Shown: positions 12,880 to 26,352 of the stretch, one piece after another
Position numbering within the stretch: the stretch's first letter is position 1
How the letters are laid out: each line of letters opens with the position of its first letter
From: Octopus vulgaris
Lineage: Eukaryota
Length of the DNA stretch: 64,000 nt
NCBI GenBank assembly: GCA_951406725.2
Contig: OX597816.1
Span: 128,588,001 to 128,652,000 of the forward strand
Reading direction: 5' to 3'
Notes under the pieces: model-generated
Told to the model about the DNA's origin: nothing
Databases searched by the model: none
What the model saw: the letters and a program-made list of their open reading frames with translations, nothing else
Program-made: the position numbers and the translations under genes

Positions 12880-14420
12880 TAACAACAATAAAGAATGATT
12901 TCAAGTTGTATGTTGCAGTTGATAAACAAGTAGAAACACAACTGTGGACAGTATGTGGATTTACCAAGGAAAGTGATATGAGATTCAGATTAGGAGAATG
13001 CTCAAAGGCAATCTTGAACAGAGGAAAATTAATTAGGAACACTAATGTCATGCCAGATAAAGAATTTGAGATAAGAGAATTAAAGCAAACAGACATACAA
13101 ATAGTTAGGAACCAATGAACTAGAGAGTGCACAACATACATAATTGTAAGCAGAGATTAGAAAGGAACAGAGACACTTTAGATGAATACTTAAAACAGCT
13201 AAATGCAAAAAGAACAAAAACAAAGAAACTAAGAAATAGGTATCAATACTCTATCTGTCCCAGTAATAAGTTATAATTATAATTTTCCCAATAAGACACT
13301 GAATGAACTAAGAAGACCAGACTGGAAAATAATGACACATTTAGAATACATCACTCAAATTACTAAATAGGAAGCTGGGGCTTTATGCATTGGAAAAATA
13401 TTATAAAATATCCACTGGGAAACTACAAAAATGTCTAAAGGTGAATAATCATCATCATCATCATTTAACGTCTGCTTTCCATGCTTGCATGGGTAGGACG
13501 ATTTGACTGAGGACTGGCAAACCAGATGGCTGCACCAGGCTCCAATCTGATCTGGCAGAGTTTTTCTACAGCTGGATGCCCTTCCTAACACCAACCACTC
13601 TGAGAGTGTAGTGGGTGCTTTTACATTCCACCGGCACGAGGGTCAGTCTGGCAGTACTGGTTAATGCAAATAGTTATGAAACACAAAGAAAACAAAAAAT
13701 CTGCTTTCTCTCTTTAAAGAAGCAAATATGAAACAAATGCTGAAATGACAGACAGTAATGAAGTGGAAAGCGAAAGAACAGAAATTGTGATAAAACGAAA
13801 ATCTAAACTGAAAATAGAGCCACAATGTGCCATGATAAAGCAATGGCAAGAAAAGTCCCTACATAGTGAACACTTAAAAAGACTAAGCGAGATAGAAGTA
13901 GATGAAGTAAAACATAATAATGGCTAAGATACACAGGACTCAAAGCTGAAACTGAAAGCTTTTGATTGTAGCACAGGATCAAAACTTTCTGACTAGAAAA
14001 CACCAAAGCCTGTAAGAAAGCAAAATGTGGTAGAGATAGAGAAGAAACAATTATACACATAACCTATGGTTGTTCAGTCTTAACCACAGGCATCTACAGG
14101 CATCACAGAGTTGTAACATACATAAGCTGAAAAATATCTGGCACAGTCAAATACCAACGAAAATATGAAAGATATAGACATACATCAGAAAATGTCTCAA
14201 AGAATAAGAAAGTGACCATACCCTGGGATATGCTAATACACACAGACAGAAAGCTTATGATTAATTGACCAGATATTGTTGTGAAGGGCCACCCAGTAAA
14301 ATATTTCCTAAGTGGCATATCATATCCAACAGATTGGCAATATATTTCTCGAAGAAATGAAGGAATTATCCAAATATTAAGATCTGGAAATAGAGATAAC
14401 TTGAATGTGGAACTTTTACA
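12880..14420 (+). pseudogene. old Dong/R4-like RT-RLE relic with an RTE-tail insertion at 13447-13660
   Basis: Fragments MRFRLGECSKAILNRGK, QWQEKSLHSEH, GLKAETE and WDMLIHTDRK..PDIVV are colinear with ORF 36560-38989. Confidence 0.75.
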
Positions 14421-17301
14421 GTTGCAGAGAAAATGGTTTGCATTGTTTAGTTATGAAGCCTTATAATCTGAGTTCAACTGTCATATTCAAAAGTGTTTCC
14501 TGCTTCATGGTTGAAAACACCATTAATTATGTCATCTCTATTAAATGAAATTCAATAAAAGTGCAAAGAGTATGCTTTTCATCTAAGCTATAGGTTACTG
14601 CCCTTGGCCTTTCTCAGAGCCTCCAAGACTGGTGATTCATAGATTATCTTTAAACTGGAAACCAGCTCTAAGTGCTTGGAACAGCCTCAACTCTGCTCAA
14701 AGATCCTAAGAGCCAACTGTAAAACAGATTAATCATTTAATATTTTTCCCTCAAGTCACTCACTTTAAGGGAACCAATGAAATTTAAGCTCTTTTTCATT
14801 CTTGTACACACTCTTGGGCACTCTCCTGATGCTGTTTTTCAATTTCAGTTTGTTTTGTTTTATATTGGGGGTTGTCTACTCTCCTTTTCTTTCAGAGATG
14901 GAGGGCTTTATGGAACTCTTCTTAGCTTAATATCATTTATATTGAACAATTCAAAGAAGAAAACTTACACACGTCATCTGGTCATTATTCAAATCAATAC
15001 CGATTGAGCAGACTTATACAATTAAAGATATTTTAAGTGTGACCATAATATCTTTTATGTATCTAGCAGTACATTATCCATTATATTTTTCTTTTATTAA
15101 TAATTCAGAGGTCTGTCTGCTATTCTGGCAAGTTGAAGTCCATGTGGGAAATCTTTTATTGGTTTATGAAGGCCCTCTGATGGAAAGCCACCATATTTTG
15201 CTGGACATGTTATTTTATTATGTGGGAGAATAATTTGATAAGCCAAGTCAAAAACTTTCTCCCAGGAGAATAGCATACTACTATTTACATTCCCACAATA
15301 ATTAAGGCAGAAGTTCAGGGCTTCTGTTGTGTATAAGTTGAGAAATATGTTCTCAAGAAGAGATTGCTAGGCAGAGTCTTGTGGTGTAATTTAGGGATCT
15401 GCATCAAAACCCTCCAATTATTTCTCTAGTACTCAATATCTACAGAAATTGAAAATCAGTATCCTACCTTGTCATTTAGGAAACATGATTAGAAGTATTC
15501 CAAAATTCTTCCCTCTTTACAAAGTATTTCAAAGAGCAAGCTTCTTTTCCCTTTTCTTTTCCATTCTGTTGTGTGACAATTTTAAAAATTTCTCATATTC
15601 TTTGGTTGTGCTGCTCGTGATGGTGGTGGTGGTGGCATTGAAGACAGACAACAGCAATGGTTCTGGTGGCAGTAGCTCTGGTGGTGTTGGCAGTTGGAGG
15701 AGTTCTGGTGGAATTGGGGGTGATTCTTGTGGTTGTTTTGGTAGTGGCAATTCTAGTGACTTTGATATTTTATTATCACCTTAATTATATTAATTAGTAC
15801 AAGTCCACATATATGTAGAAGTGGATGATTGGTATTTTTATTATCAGTCCCAGAAAGTTGATAAAATAAGTAGCAGACCTGTGCTATAATTAGCTATAGC
15901 CCTCATCACTCTCTTTCAGTATTCACTTAATGGAAGGAATCAATAATGATAACAATGATGTTATTGTTATGAAGCTCCAGGTCAGCCTGATCGAGAGACA
16001 TTTGCAGTTGGTAGGTTGGCAGGAACAACCAGCAAGGCAACGAATTGTTTGCTCAATTGCCCATCACCTCATCAATGTGTATTCACTGTCATGACAGAAT
16101 CCTTTCCTTTCATCACTACATGAAGCATGTAACAGAGCAGAGATCATTCAAAAACAGTCTCCTCTATCTTGCATCAACAGGGTGCCTAGCTGATCTAATC
16201 AAAGGGACACATCATAACTGAACTGAAAGCATGTGCACTTTTGTTTCACGCATAAACATAAGAGAAAGAGTGATGAGGATAATGATAGTGGTGATTTTTT
16301 TCTTGTGGCTTCAGATGAGAATATAACAAGTGAGAAATGCTATGAATTTAAGTAAATGAATGATAACAGAAGTTTCATATAATCATTTCTTTAATTATAC
16401 AATTTTCTCAATTCCATTATTATGAAATAATTTCACAAAGATAGTGAGTTATATCACCTGAATATCACACCCGAATTTCCTCTGTTTATGAATGTTTGTA
16501 ATTTATAGATAGATTAGCAATAGAAGTAATAGAAATGTTAATCTAAAGAATCAGTGGTCAGTTTAGAGATAAGAGGTATCAGGTTAGTGACTACTTAACA
16601 CCAACAGTTGTGCTATTAATATAATCAAAGCAAACATTAAGATGAACAGTCTTCAAAGCGATAAAATTTATGGCTTGAAAAGGAAACTGAAAATTGTAAA
16701 AGGATTTTGGAAAATCAATGTGCGTTAGGTTTACTTACTAAAGAACAATTGGAGATCCTGTAGAGTTGCCTGTTTCATTCTAGTGCGAAGAAAAATGTTA
16801 GTAAATAATAATATTGATGACAATAAGGTGGGAGAGAGTGAAAAAAACCAACAAAATAATAAAATGAGAAGAATGATAAAGAAGAGATACAGTAGACTAG
16901 TGAAGAAAATAGTAGCTTCTTAAGTTGTAGATCATGTTCATTTTGAGTCATAAGCATTACACTGTGTCATTAAGCAAATCAATCTACCTAGTAGGAAATT
17001 AAGTACAAAAATTCTTTGATTTGAATGTGATTTTTCAAGATCAAAGAGACTCTAAAAACATCTTTTGAGAAATGACATAATCACAATCAAAATGTTGAGA
17101 TATGAGATCAGTGAAAAAGTGGGAAGAACTAATTTTTCTTGATGTACAAAGTAGTTTCTTAAATAGACATCATATTTTACTATGAGCCTAATTTTAGGCT
17201 ATGTCACACGACTTAATTTAAGAAAGTATTATTTATAAATCACTAATTCAGATGAGAAATGTCATACCAATCACAGTTACCAGCATATTACCAGTAATAT
17301 T

Positions 17302-17433
17302 AGTTTCAAATTTAGGCACAGGGCCAACAATTTAGTGGAGGAAGTAAGTTGACTATAGTGACCCCAGTGCTCAAATGGTACTTATTTTATCAACCCTGAA
17401 AGGATGAAAGGCAAAGTTAACCACTGCAGAAAT
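17302..17433 (-). mobile_element. 5'-truncated family B SINE with 17-bp TSD
   Basis: ATATTACCAGTAATATT at 17285-17301 and 17434-17450. Confidence 0.8.
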
Positions 17434-19218
17434 ATATTACCAGTAATATTTGCAACCAATATAAGACATTATAAGCAACACTGAAGTGAGTTGGAACATC
17501 TTGCTATGTAGGACGTTAGTAAAATAGCCATTCCTGCTAGTGCTAAGTGATTGAAATTGTCTCATAACGATAAAATATCTACATTTGAAATAGCTGAAAA
17601 AGAGTTATAGTAACTGATTAGAGAAGAGAGGGGGACAAGTATTCTGTGGTATAGCTGATAAAGCAGTTAATTGGCAAGCAACAGAAGCATAGTATTTGTC
17701 CTGCAAGCAGGCTTATTATTTTGTCTTAGATTAGTGCTTATAATAACTTAAAATCTTAGCAGTTAATTCATAATCATTTGAACATTAACTGAAACTACCA
17801 TGCCATATTAGCTGTGGTCATCTACACAGACTTCAATTATAAATGAACAGATTGTCAGCTACCTGACAACTACATAACAAAACAAACAGAGAATGTATTG
17901 GAAATTTAAATAAAAGAAATCACAATAATCTGAAGATCTGCAAGTAGGTAGTGAACCATTTCTCTTCATCCACTTATGAATGCCATCCTTTCTGTGTTTA
18001 CTCCTGTATAATGACAATTCTGTTGTGAAAAATGGAAATTTATTAACCATTCAAAAAAAGTAAAATTGTAAAGCTTAATTTATATTAACCCAGACATATT
18101 AAATATTGATAGTCATTAAAAGAATACAACTAATTGAAACCAATACATAGATCAATAATAACCTACATGGTGCTTAAACAAGGAAAATTATTTCAGAGAA
18201 ATTGAAATGTTGAAATGTCATAAAGTTTATAGTGAATGCAATTCTAGTAAATAAATTGAACATATTCAGTGCAAACATTGTCTATTCACTTTGAGGAGAA
18301 AATATCACACAATCAAAGTCCAACTAAATGCCAGTTAGCTGTAGAAAGAAGGGGCATAAAAGCACATTAAAATCCTTTTATTTCTGTCTATCATTTGTAG
18401 TGAAAGAGAAAGTTGTCCCAAATGATAAAATTTATCAGATAAATTTACTTATATGCACAAATATAGTAATAAAACAAAGGGGGTTTGAATTACACAATTC
18501 ACTCACTATTTAATAATTTGATTAATATAGAAGCCACTTGAGTGACTGTACAACTGAATAATAAAAAAAATTAATCTTTATAAAAGGATTGATTTATGGG
18601 AATATATCTCAGTTTATTATATATTGGTCTATGTTCATATATCATTGTTGCATAACTTTTTGTTTAATGTCATTCAAACACATCCATCTCCTGTGTAAAT
18701 TCCCCTACATTTAAAAACATGTTTTCAACATCAAGACATACTCATAATAGATCAAGTGAGAATGGCTTTTCCCTTCATTAACAATGATATAAGCTAGTAC
18801 TATGTTGACATTTCCTGATGTGTGTGGTTGGTAATATGATTGTTATAGCTGACTAATGTTGAAGAATAAGAGGTAAGACCAATATAAAGTTTGTGAGCTA
18901 GTTTTGGTTCCTGGTTACAGATTTTTCATTTCGTTATTCTACAAAATATCTTTTGTTAATGTATGAATAAGAAATTTTACCTTCCAATTTCTCTGAAGTT
19001 TATTTCTGCTAACACCCATTGATAATTTCTGATGGCCATAAAATCTCAAGCAATAAACTTTATTTACTGCACTAGTAAATATGTAAATAAATATTATTTT
19101 GTTTATGTTATACACAATTATTACTTGATTTTTGGAATTATATATACTTGTGTGTATGTATGTATGTGTGTGTGTGTGTGTGTGTGTGGATAGATAGATG
19201 GATACATACATACATACA

Positions 19219-19250
<32 letters not shown>

Positions 19251-19662
19251 CACACACACATACATGCATACAGACAGACACCGCTAAATTGAGTTTAATT
19301 TTATTAATTGCTATAAAGATATGTGCAATGCTGAAAGTTATGCCAGAGAGGATATTTGGAGGATTTACTTCTTCAGTGCTGCCCATGTCAACTGTCTTCA
19401 GAATCACTGATGACAAAACACTGTTGCTGCTGTAGAGTTTCTACATATATATTTGGTATCTTTGTGAAGAATAATACTTTCATTGCTCACCAAACAGAGA
19501 GATGCAACAGTGGCCCTATGCTTTTTTGCAACTGAATAGAAAACAGAGGGTGCATCTAATTTTTGCAATGGTTCAGTCTTCTTCGGTGTCCCTTTAATTA
19601 TTAATGAAAGACCTCATAAAGCTCTGAAGATAAACGGATGGATGGATGGACGGTTGCAAGCA

Positions 19663-19712
<50 letters not shown>

Positions 19713-19715
<3 letters not shown>

Positions 19716-19933
19716 AAAAAAAAAGTCAAGATAGAAAAAGGTAAAATAATTTTATAAAATCATTTCAGTACCGGTTTCAGTCATTGTGACTTTTTCAACT
19801 GTATCAATTAAACAATTGAATTTAGAAAAAATTTAAAAAAGTTTTTTTGTTGAAAAAGTCACAATGACTGAAACCGGTACTGAAATGTTTTTTATAAAAT
19901 TATTTTAGCATTTTCTATCTTGACTTTTTTCCA
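19713..19933. repeat. fold-back element (~87-bp arms, ~50-bp spacer) between (TA)n tracts, probably a Penelope-like pLTR end
   Basis: Arms 19713-19799 and 19849-19933 are near-perfect reverse complements. Confidence 0.9.
19766..19801 (-). ncRNA. minimal type-I hammerhead-like motif with U3-A8 core
   Basis: cag-UUGAAAA-aguca/caa/ugacu-GAAA-ccgg-UA-cug; palindromic stem III ACCGGU; the opposite arm carries a copy at 19850-19882(+) lacking the stem I 5' strand. Confidence 0.6.
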
Positions 19934-19962
19934 AATATATCAACTTGTGTGTTCCTTTTCAT

Positions 19963-20000
<38 letters not shown>

Positions 20001-20049
20001 CATCTGATATCGATTTCCTAACAATATGGATTTCCTAACAATATGATCT

Positions 20050-20800
20050 GGAAGTACATGAGTCCAGTTGTTAGAGAAAGTGTAAACGCTTGTCTTTTGC
20101 AAACCACCATTCTTTTGGTCAGTGCAGCAATTGTTTGGAAAATGTATTGGAAACTCTTCAGTATCCAACTATGATCTAGATCTTTTCTTACCACCAAGCC
20201 TTATCAATTTCTTATCACAACTACTGATACAGGGCAAATGATTATAAAGGCTGATTTTTTATTGCAGATCAGTGGTGCTGAATTCACCTCCAGGTGCCAG
20301 AACTTTGATGTTCAGTCAATTCATGTAGAACCCATCTATTCAACTTACACTTTTCCAAAGGCAAATGGTAGGAAAAAACATTGAAGATACCATGAAGGCA
20401 CGTGGCTTAGTGGTTAGGGTGTTGAACTCATGATTGTATGGTTGTGGTTTCAATTCCTGGACTGGGTGACGCATTGTGTTCTTCAACAAAACACTTCATT
20501 TCACATTGCTCCCGTCCATTCAGCTGACAAAAATGAGTAATCCTGCAAAGGGCTAGCATCCTGTCTAAGTGGGGAATATATACACCATGAAACAAGGAAA
20601 CCAGCCCTTAAGGGTCAGTATGAATCAAGAAGGTAACTTCGCCTTGACCTATTGAAGATACTGCCAAGTCTGCTCCAAGTTGCCAAAACTGCAGCTCAAA
20701 ACTTTCTTTCCACTAATTCTCTAAACAGGTTTTCTTTCAAGACACATTTCAGGTCTGATCCCCTAATTTAAATCTACTTATGTTCATACACAAATTTACT
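20050..20800 (-). pseudogene. highly degraded mariner transposase interrupted by a SINE
   Basis: Minus-strand KLNRWVLHELTEHQ (WVPHEL-like) and KRSRS*LDTEEFPIHFP relics. Confidence 0.6.
20391..20650 (+). mobile_element. tRNA-derived SINE, family C, with 11-bp TSD
   Basis: TGGCTTAGTGGTTAG A-box; ATTGAAGATAC at 20380-20390 and 20651-20661; related heads at ~51855, 55826 and 50760-50955(-). Confidence 0.8.
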
Positions 20801-21842
20801 AATTGCCCACACAACTACATATATGTAAAGACAATATATGAATTATTGATTAATTTCTCTAGGAATTTAACACTTCTCACTATAGTCAAAACAAGTTCTC
20901 AAATTCCACTTCAAAGTGTCTACAGTACTTTGTTATATAAAGCAGGAAGAGAAACAAGTATCCTATATTGTAGTAAACACAAGTGAAATAAATACTACAA
21001 GCTTTCAAATATGGTATCTAGTGGAAAAGCCCATGTATTAATAGGAAGATATTCTAAAATATTTCTGCTCTGAATTGATGGTTAAAACAATACAATCCTT
21101 ATAATTGTGACTCACTTGTATTTGCAAAGTACACACATTTCCTCTGATCTAGACAATTATGATATTGGTTCTTCAGAAGTTCCAGAGCAATCATTGGTTA
21201 TCAGTATGCTGAAGCATTACTGTAAATCATTTTAAGATCTCTCCACATTTTGACTTTTTATTCATGTTTGTTTTATTTTTATTTTTATTTTTTTTACATG
21301 GTGTCATTTTGTTTTATCAAACTTATTTTTTTCTTGTTTGTTTTCTCTTATGATATTGATTTCTTTTATCTATACACAAAGATAATGGAGGACAGAGTAC
21401 AGTCAATTGAATTTACCCCCAATAATATTACTGGCACTTACTTGATTGATTCGGAAGATAAAAGTTTAAATAAATGACTCACCTTCTTCAAAACAAAAAT
21501 GTTGAAGAAAGAAACTAAATGCAGTGAGTGTCATATACTACTTCACTTTCTGCCAGTCTTAATAGGTGGTTATAATGATTTCATTTCACATTCATCATTA
21601 GTGCTTTCGAAAAACTCTTTTAAGGGTTTTAGAAAAGTTATGAACTTTGTTCCATACTTTCCTATAACCCTTTGTGGTCAGTCAAAACAAATCATTACTA
21701 ATCACTACTAATGATGACACTTTTTATTGTTGGAGTTTGGAGTTTTAATAATCAGAACTAATTAAACAGAGAGAGAGAGAGAGAGAGAGATCACTAGCCA
21801 CTACAAATTCTTTCTTTTCTTTCCCTGTTTCCTTCAGTGTTC

Positions 21843-21878
21843 CTTTCTGTGGAAGAGCGTAGACTGGAAACATTAAAG
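21843..21878 (+). ncRNA. degenerate minimal hammerhead-like motif
   Basis: cuuu-CUGUGGA-agagcguagacug-GAAA-cauu-aaag; stem I intact, A6 and stem II altered; lies in a short element ending at (TA)n. Confidence 0.35.
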
Positions 21879-21964
21879 ACTTTTCACTTCCTAAGCATTA
21901 GACTAATACATCTGTTTGTTGTCTACATCACCTGTCTTCGTCTTTTGTTTTTTTTATGAATTCT

Positions 21965-22049
<85 letters not shown>

Positions 22050-22345
22050 TAATGATAATGATAATAATAATAAAAAAGGGTAAAATTAATTAATTAATAA
22101 TTAATAATTTTACCAAGTAGTTCGGTGTGTTAAAAGAACCATTGTCGGTAAACTTATACAAAAATTTTATAATTATGAGCATAATTATAATTAGGGTTCA
22201 GCAAAATTTGCTTCACCACATACTGAAATTTAGAAATAGCAGTTGAAATACTATTCTGCTACCATAAGATATCTCCCAGAAAGCAATACTCAGTAACTCA
22301 TGCAGGTAAAGAGAAAAAAATAATGAATCCACCCGGCTTTGATTA

Positions 22346-22419
22346 ACTACATATGCATTTCAGGGTTAAAGAGATGTAAAATCATATTTCTACTCACTTA
22401 TTCCCTTCCTCAGTGCAGT
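22346..22419 (-). ncRNA. type-I hammerhead motif (C3-G8), left-arm copy
   Basis: Mirror of 22504-22587. Confidence 0.6.
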
Positions 22420-22503
22420 ATTTCAAGTTTTAAATTTGAGAGCATTGATAATTGACATAAGTACTCATTAATTATCAGTGCTCCCAAATTTAAAACTTGA
22501 AAT

Positions 22504-22587
22504 ACTGCACTGAGGAAGGGAATAAGTGAGTAGAAATATGATTTTACATCTTTTTACATCTCTTTAACCCTGAAATGCATATGTAGT
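22504..22587 (+). ncRNA. type-I hammerhead motif (C3-G8), right-arm copy
   Basis: acugca-CUGAGGA-aggg...cccu-GAAA-ugca-UA-uguagu; 6-bp stem I, palindromic stem III AUGCAU. Confidence 0.65.
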
Positions 22588-22881
22588 TAATCAAAGCCGG
22601 GTGGATTCGTTATTTTTTTCTCTTTACCTGCATGAGTTGTAGAGTGTTGCTGTCTGAGAGATATCTTATGGTAGTAGAATAGTATTTTAACTGCTATTTC
22701 TAAATTTCAGTATGTGGTGAATTAAATTTTGCTGAACCCTAATTATATTTATGCCCATAATTATAAAATTTGTGTGTGTGTATATAAATATATGTATGTA
22801 TGTATGTATAAATAGGTAAATGGATATGTAAGTAAACAGATAGATAAATAGATAGATAGATACATAGGTAATATGGACAGA

Positions 22882-22922
<41 letters not shown>

Positions 22923-23167
22923 ACATACATGTACAAAAGAAGACTGGAATACATAACCATATACACACATGCACACTGACAGACATGCGCACAAAGAAAC
23001 ATACAAAAAGAACGCAGTTCCGATAACAGAATCAATGACTATTGAAGAGGTTGCAAGAAGCAATGATAATATTAGAAAAAATAAATATGTAAATGAGTGG
23101 AAATTGAACCAGTGCGTGTGTTAATTAATAAGGCATTAAAACAGAATGACAATCCCCAGACACAATA

Positions 23168-23207
<40 letters not shown>

Positions 23208-23305
23208 CAATATACAACCTCACAAGTACATTTATGTATTTATATATCTGTATATTTATATATTTTTATATTATATCATGTATATATATGAGTGTACCTG
23301 TGTAT

Positions 23306-23342
23306 GCTGTGAAGTATTCTGATACTTTGAAATATATTAAGC
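23306..23342 (+). ncRNA. degenerate hammerhead-like motif
   Basis: CUG-UG, stem aaguau/ucug/auacuu, then u-GAAA-uaua-UU-aagc; core has a deletion and stem I is weak. Confidence 0.25.
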
Positions 23343-23498
23343 GAATATGAACACTGACCTTTGAAATTTCTTTTCTCTTTCTTGACTTTATATTCCTGAT
23401 GCTCTATTAGAGCACTAATTAGTTGTGCTTTATAAGGGGATAATTATCTTATTTATTTCTTAATTTATATATATATATATATATAATTATATACATAA

Positions 23499-23566
<68 letters not shown>

Positions 23567-23619
23567 ATGTACGTATGTATGTATGTATGTATGTATGTAT
23601 ATGTATGCATGTATTTATA

Positions 23620-24080
23620 TTTATGTGTGGGTGTCTTTGTGTCCGTGTTTGTCCCCACCACCACCATCGCTTGACAACCAGTGTTGGTGTGTTTACAACC
23701 CTGTAACTTAGTAGTTTGGCGAAAGGGACTGATAAAATAAGTACTAGGCATGCAAAGAATAAGTCCTGGGGTTGATTTCTTCAGCTAAAATTACCTTTAA
23801 CCCTTTCGATACCAACCAGGTTGAAACTGCCTCTGGTTCTGTAGTACAAATGTCTTGTTTTCATAAGTTCTGAATTAAAGTCTTCCATCAAACCTTAATC
23901 ACAATTTATGGTCCTAACATTAGCTTAATGATAACTAAGTTATGTTACTAAATTCTTTGTTATATTTAAAATTAATTGAAAGAAACAGAGCATCTCAAAA
24001 TAAATATGGTAACGAAAGGGTTAAGGTGGTGCTTCAGCATGGCTGCAGTCAAATGACTGAAACAAATAAAAGAATAAAAG
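23620..24080 (+). mobile_element. 3' half of a family A SINE hosting a MITE
   Basis: TTTGTCCCCACC...TTGACAACC...AATAAGTCCTGGGG before the MITE; GGTGGTGCTTCAGCATGG...AAAAGA resumes after it. Confidence 0.8.
23801..24020. mobile_element. piggyBac-type MITE (220 bp)
   Basis: TTAA TSDs at 23797-23800 and 24021-24024; TIRs CCCTTTCGATACCA / TGGTAACGAAAGGG. Confidence 0.9.
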
Positions 24081-26164
24081 AACAGGATCTTCATCTCTTT
24101 CAGAATGCTATTTACACTTATCTAGTATAGATTGTAGCTGCTGTACATAATGAACACGGATGATCAACATGCACATTGTCTATGAAGTGTGCCTGTATAC
24201 TGTAATGAGTGTGTTATGGTTACATTTACTATTATGCAGTCATCATCTTGTGGAAATCAAAAATAAAAACAAAAAAATTTCTCAACAACAGATTCTGGCT
24301 GAAACATGTCAAGTGTACATTGTTTTAAAATGAAGGAAGTTAGAGTGATTGTTAACTTGCAATAGATAACATTGATCAGTTCAGATCATGGTTTGCCAAT
24401 AATGCATAAAACTACAATTTTTTTTCTAGTGATAAAATTGTTTAAGCTTGTTAATTAAAACTAAGAGATTAAGAAGTTGTTTCAATGTTTTTAAATTGAG
24501 AAGCAACTTTAATAGGGTTAGAAAAAATAATATATCTTTTGCTTTTATTGCATTTCTATCATAATTCAACAGAATAAAGAAATCGGTAAATTAATCCTTA
24601 GTAGCAATAAATAAATAAATTCAATAAGTAAATAAATAAAATAGATAAGCATGTGCTGCAAGGAATATTTCTAAAATAAATTTTATTTTATTGTATTTTT
24701 TTTTATAAATGTGTATCTTTCTAATAATGATACCAAACATTTTAATGAAAATTTTCTCTTGGTTTTTAATTTTAACTGACTCTATTTACCAATTAAGTTG
24801 GTCTCTATGACCCTTGTCACAAATTGATCCAAAAGGTCTTTGCATCAACAACATAAACCTACAAATATAAATGAATTATTATTGCGGATCTAACTGGTTG
24901 TAGCATTTTTAGAGTAACAGACATTAAAAAAAAGAAAAAGTAAAAGAAATATTTTTTTATAAAGTTATAATGGAATAAATAACTAAAAGAAAATAAAAGT
25001 GATTATTGTGGAACTCAACAGGAAAAATGATACTGAAATTAACATTGCTCGAACCGAATCATTAACTAAAGAGAAAGTACCCAAATAGAACTATAATAAC
25101 AACACAGCAACATAGGAACAAATTGGTAATAACAGTAAAATACACTCAAAATTATAAAAAATTGAAATTTAAAGGAATTTTTTTGAACCACTAAATAAAG
25201 TTGACCTTAACAAAAAACTCATGAACATGAACACTATTTTAATTAAAAACGTTAAATCTTGCATTTCAATATTTTGGTTGCAATTAAAAAATGGATTTAG
25301 AATTTAACAGCGAAACAAATGATTATAACTTTTGCCTGATAAATTATTTAACCCACAATTTGCAAAATAATCATGTTTTAGCCATTTATGGACTGTCACA
25401 TCAGTCAAATTTAAGGGAAAAAATCGACTGTTATTTCAATCTAATTCTCATTATTTTGTAGGGGTTTTCACATTTAAAAGAATATTTCTTTGCTACATTT
25501 TTACTAAACTTAGAATTCTTACAACAATAAAATAATATTTGGTAAAATATGTGATAGTTTTAACATAAGAATTCATAAATATTATTAATTCGAACTGGTA
25601 AGCTCATCAGTAAAACAGTTTATTCATGAATGACTGGTAGAGTGGGAATAATATCAGCTGAATGAAAGGTAAATATCTACAAAATGAAGTTTTGAACAAA
25701 TTAAAATAATTCTATAAACAAAGAGCCTTGACTTCTTAAGCTTGAACTGGACAAAATACAGAGGGTTGATTCATTCAATTTAAATAATGTAATGATAATT
25801 ATTTAAAAATGTTTTTCATAGTAAAGTTAACTAATTGTGCGTAACAAAGATATTTTGTGTTGCTATAAAATAATTGCCATATGCATGAACGAGCTTGTCA
25901 TTATCTTTCTTCCAAATGTTTTCTTCATCTTTAAATCCCCTATTTGCTCTTCTGGTCCTTTTATTCTTCTCCTTGATCAAGTTCAAAAGTGATTTTCTAA
26001 CACTGTTAGTACAGTTCTTTTCAGTTAAATTACATCAGGTTATGCAAAGACTATTTCAAAATATATTATGCAAACCAATTATCTTCTTTCTGGCACAACA
26101 ACAACAGTAAAGCCTATAAGTTGGCTAGCCATGTACAAGGTTTTAAAGCCAATTGTACACCACA

Positions 26165-26352
26165 TACATGAGTGGAGAGTCATTGAGAAATCCATTCCAT
26201 GTGTAAATGGATCTGAGAAATGCAATTTATGCATAGCTGAAAGAGCACATATTCGTTTTAGATCTAAGAATCCCATTGCACTTCTCAATGCCAGACTTGA
26301 AATTTTCAGCAAATGCAACTATATGGATGTATTTCTTTTGGCAAACTGGAGG
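26165..26352 (+). pseudogene. C-terminus of a Penelope-like element GIY-YIG endonuclease region
   Basis: WRVIEKSIPCVNGSEKCNLCIAERAHI...LLNARLEIFSKCNYMDVFLL fits the W..(P)Y..G...CxLC..EK..I...LN.R.E..SKC.H...F.L pattern of invertebrate PLE ORF ends. Confidence 0.7.

Larger units (their letters stand above)
22159..22772. repeat. large fold-back (~300-bp arms, ~12-bp loop), probably inverted Penelope-like pLTRs
   Basis: 22159-22454 and 22468-22772 are reverse complements with scattered mismatches; flanked by (TAA)n and (TG)n/(TATG)n. Confidence 0.95.

Noticed and set aside
14530-15540. Possible CR1/L2-like endonuclease relic on the minus strand
   Set aside because: Only vague peptide resemblance; cannot be supported by eye
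19300-19625. Minus-strand ~70-codon open stretch after a TTCAG acceptor-like site
   Set aside because: In-frame stop just after the acceptor, no ATG and no homology
25580-25616. Minus-strand CTGATGAGC...TTCGAAT hammerhead-like string
   Set aside because: GAAT instead of GAAA, poor stem II, no stem I
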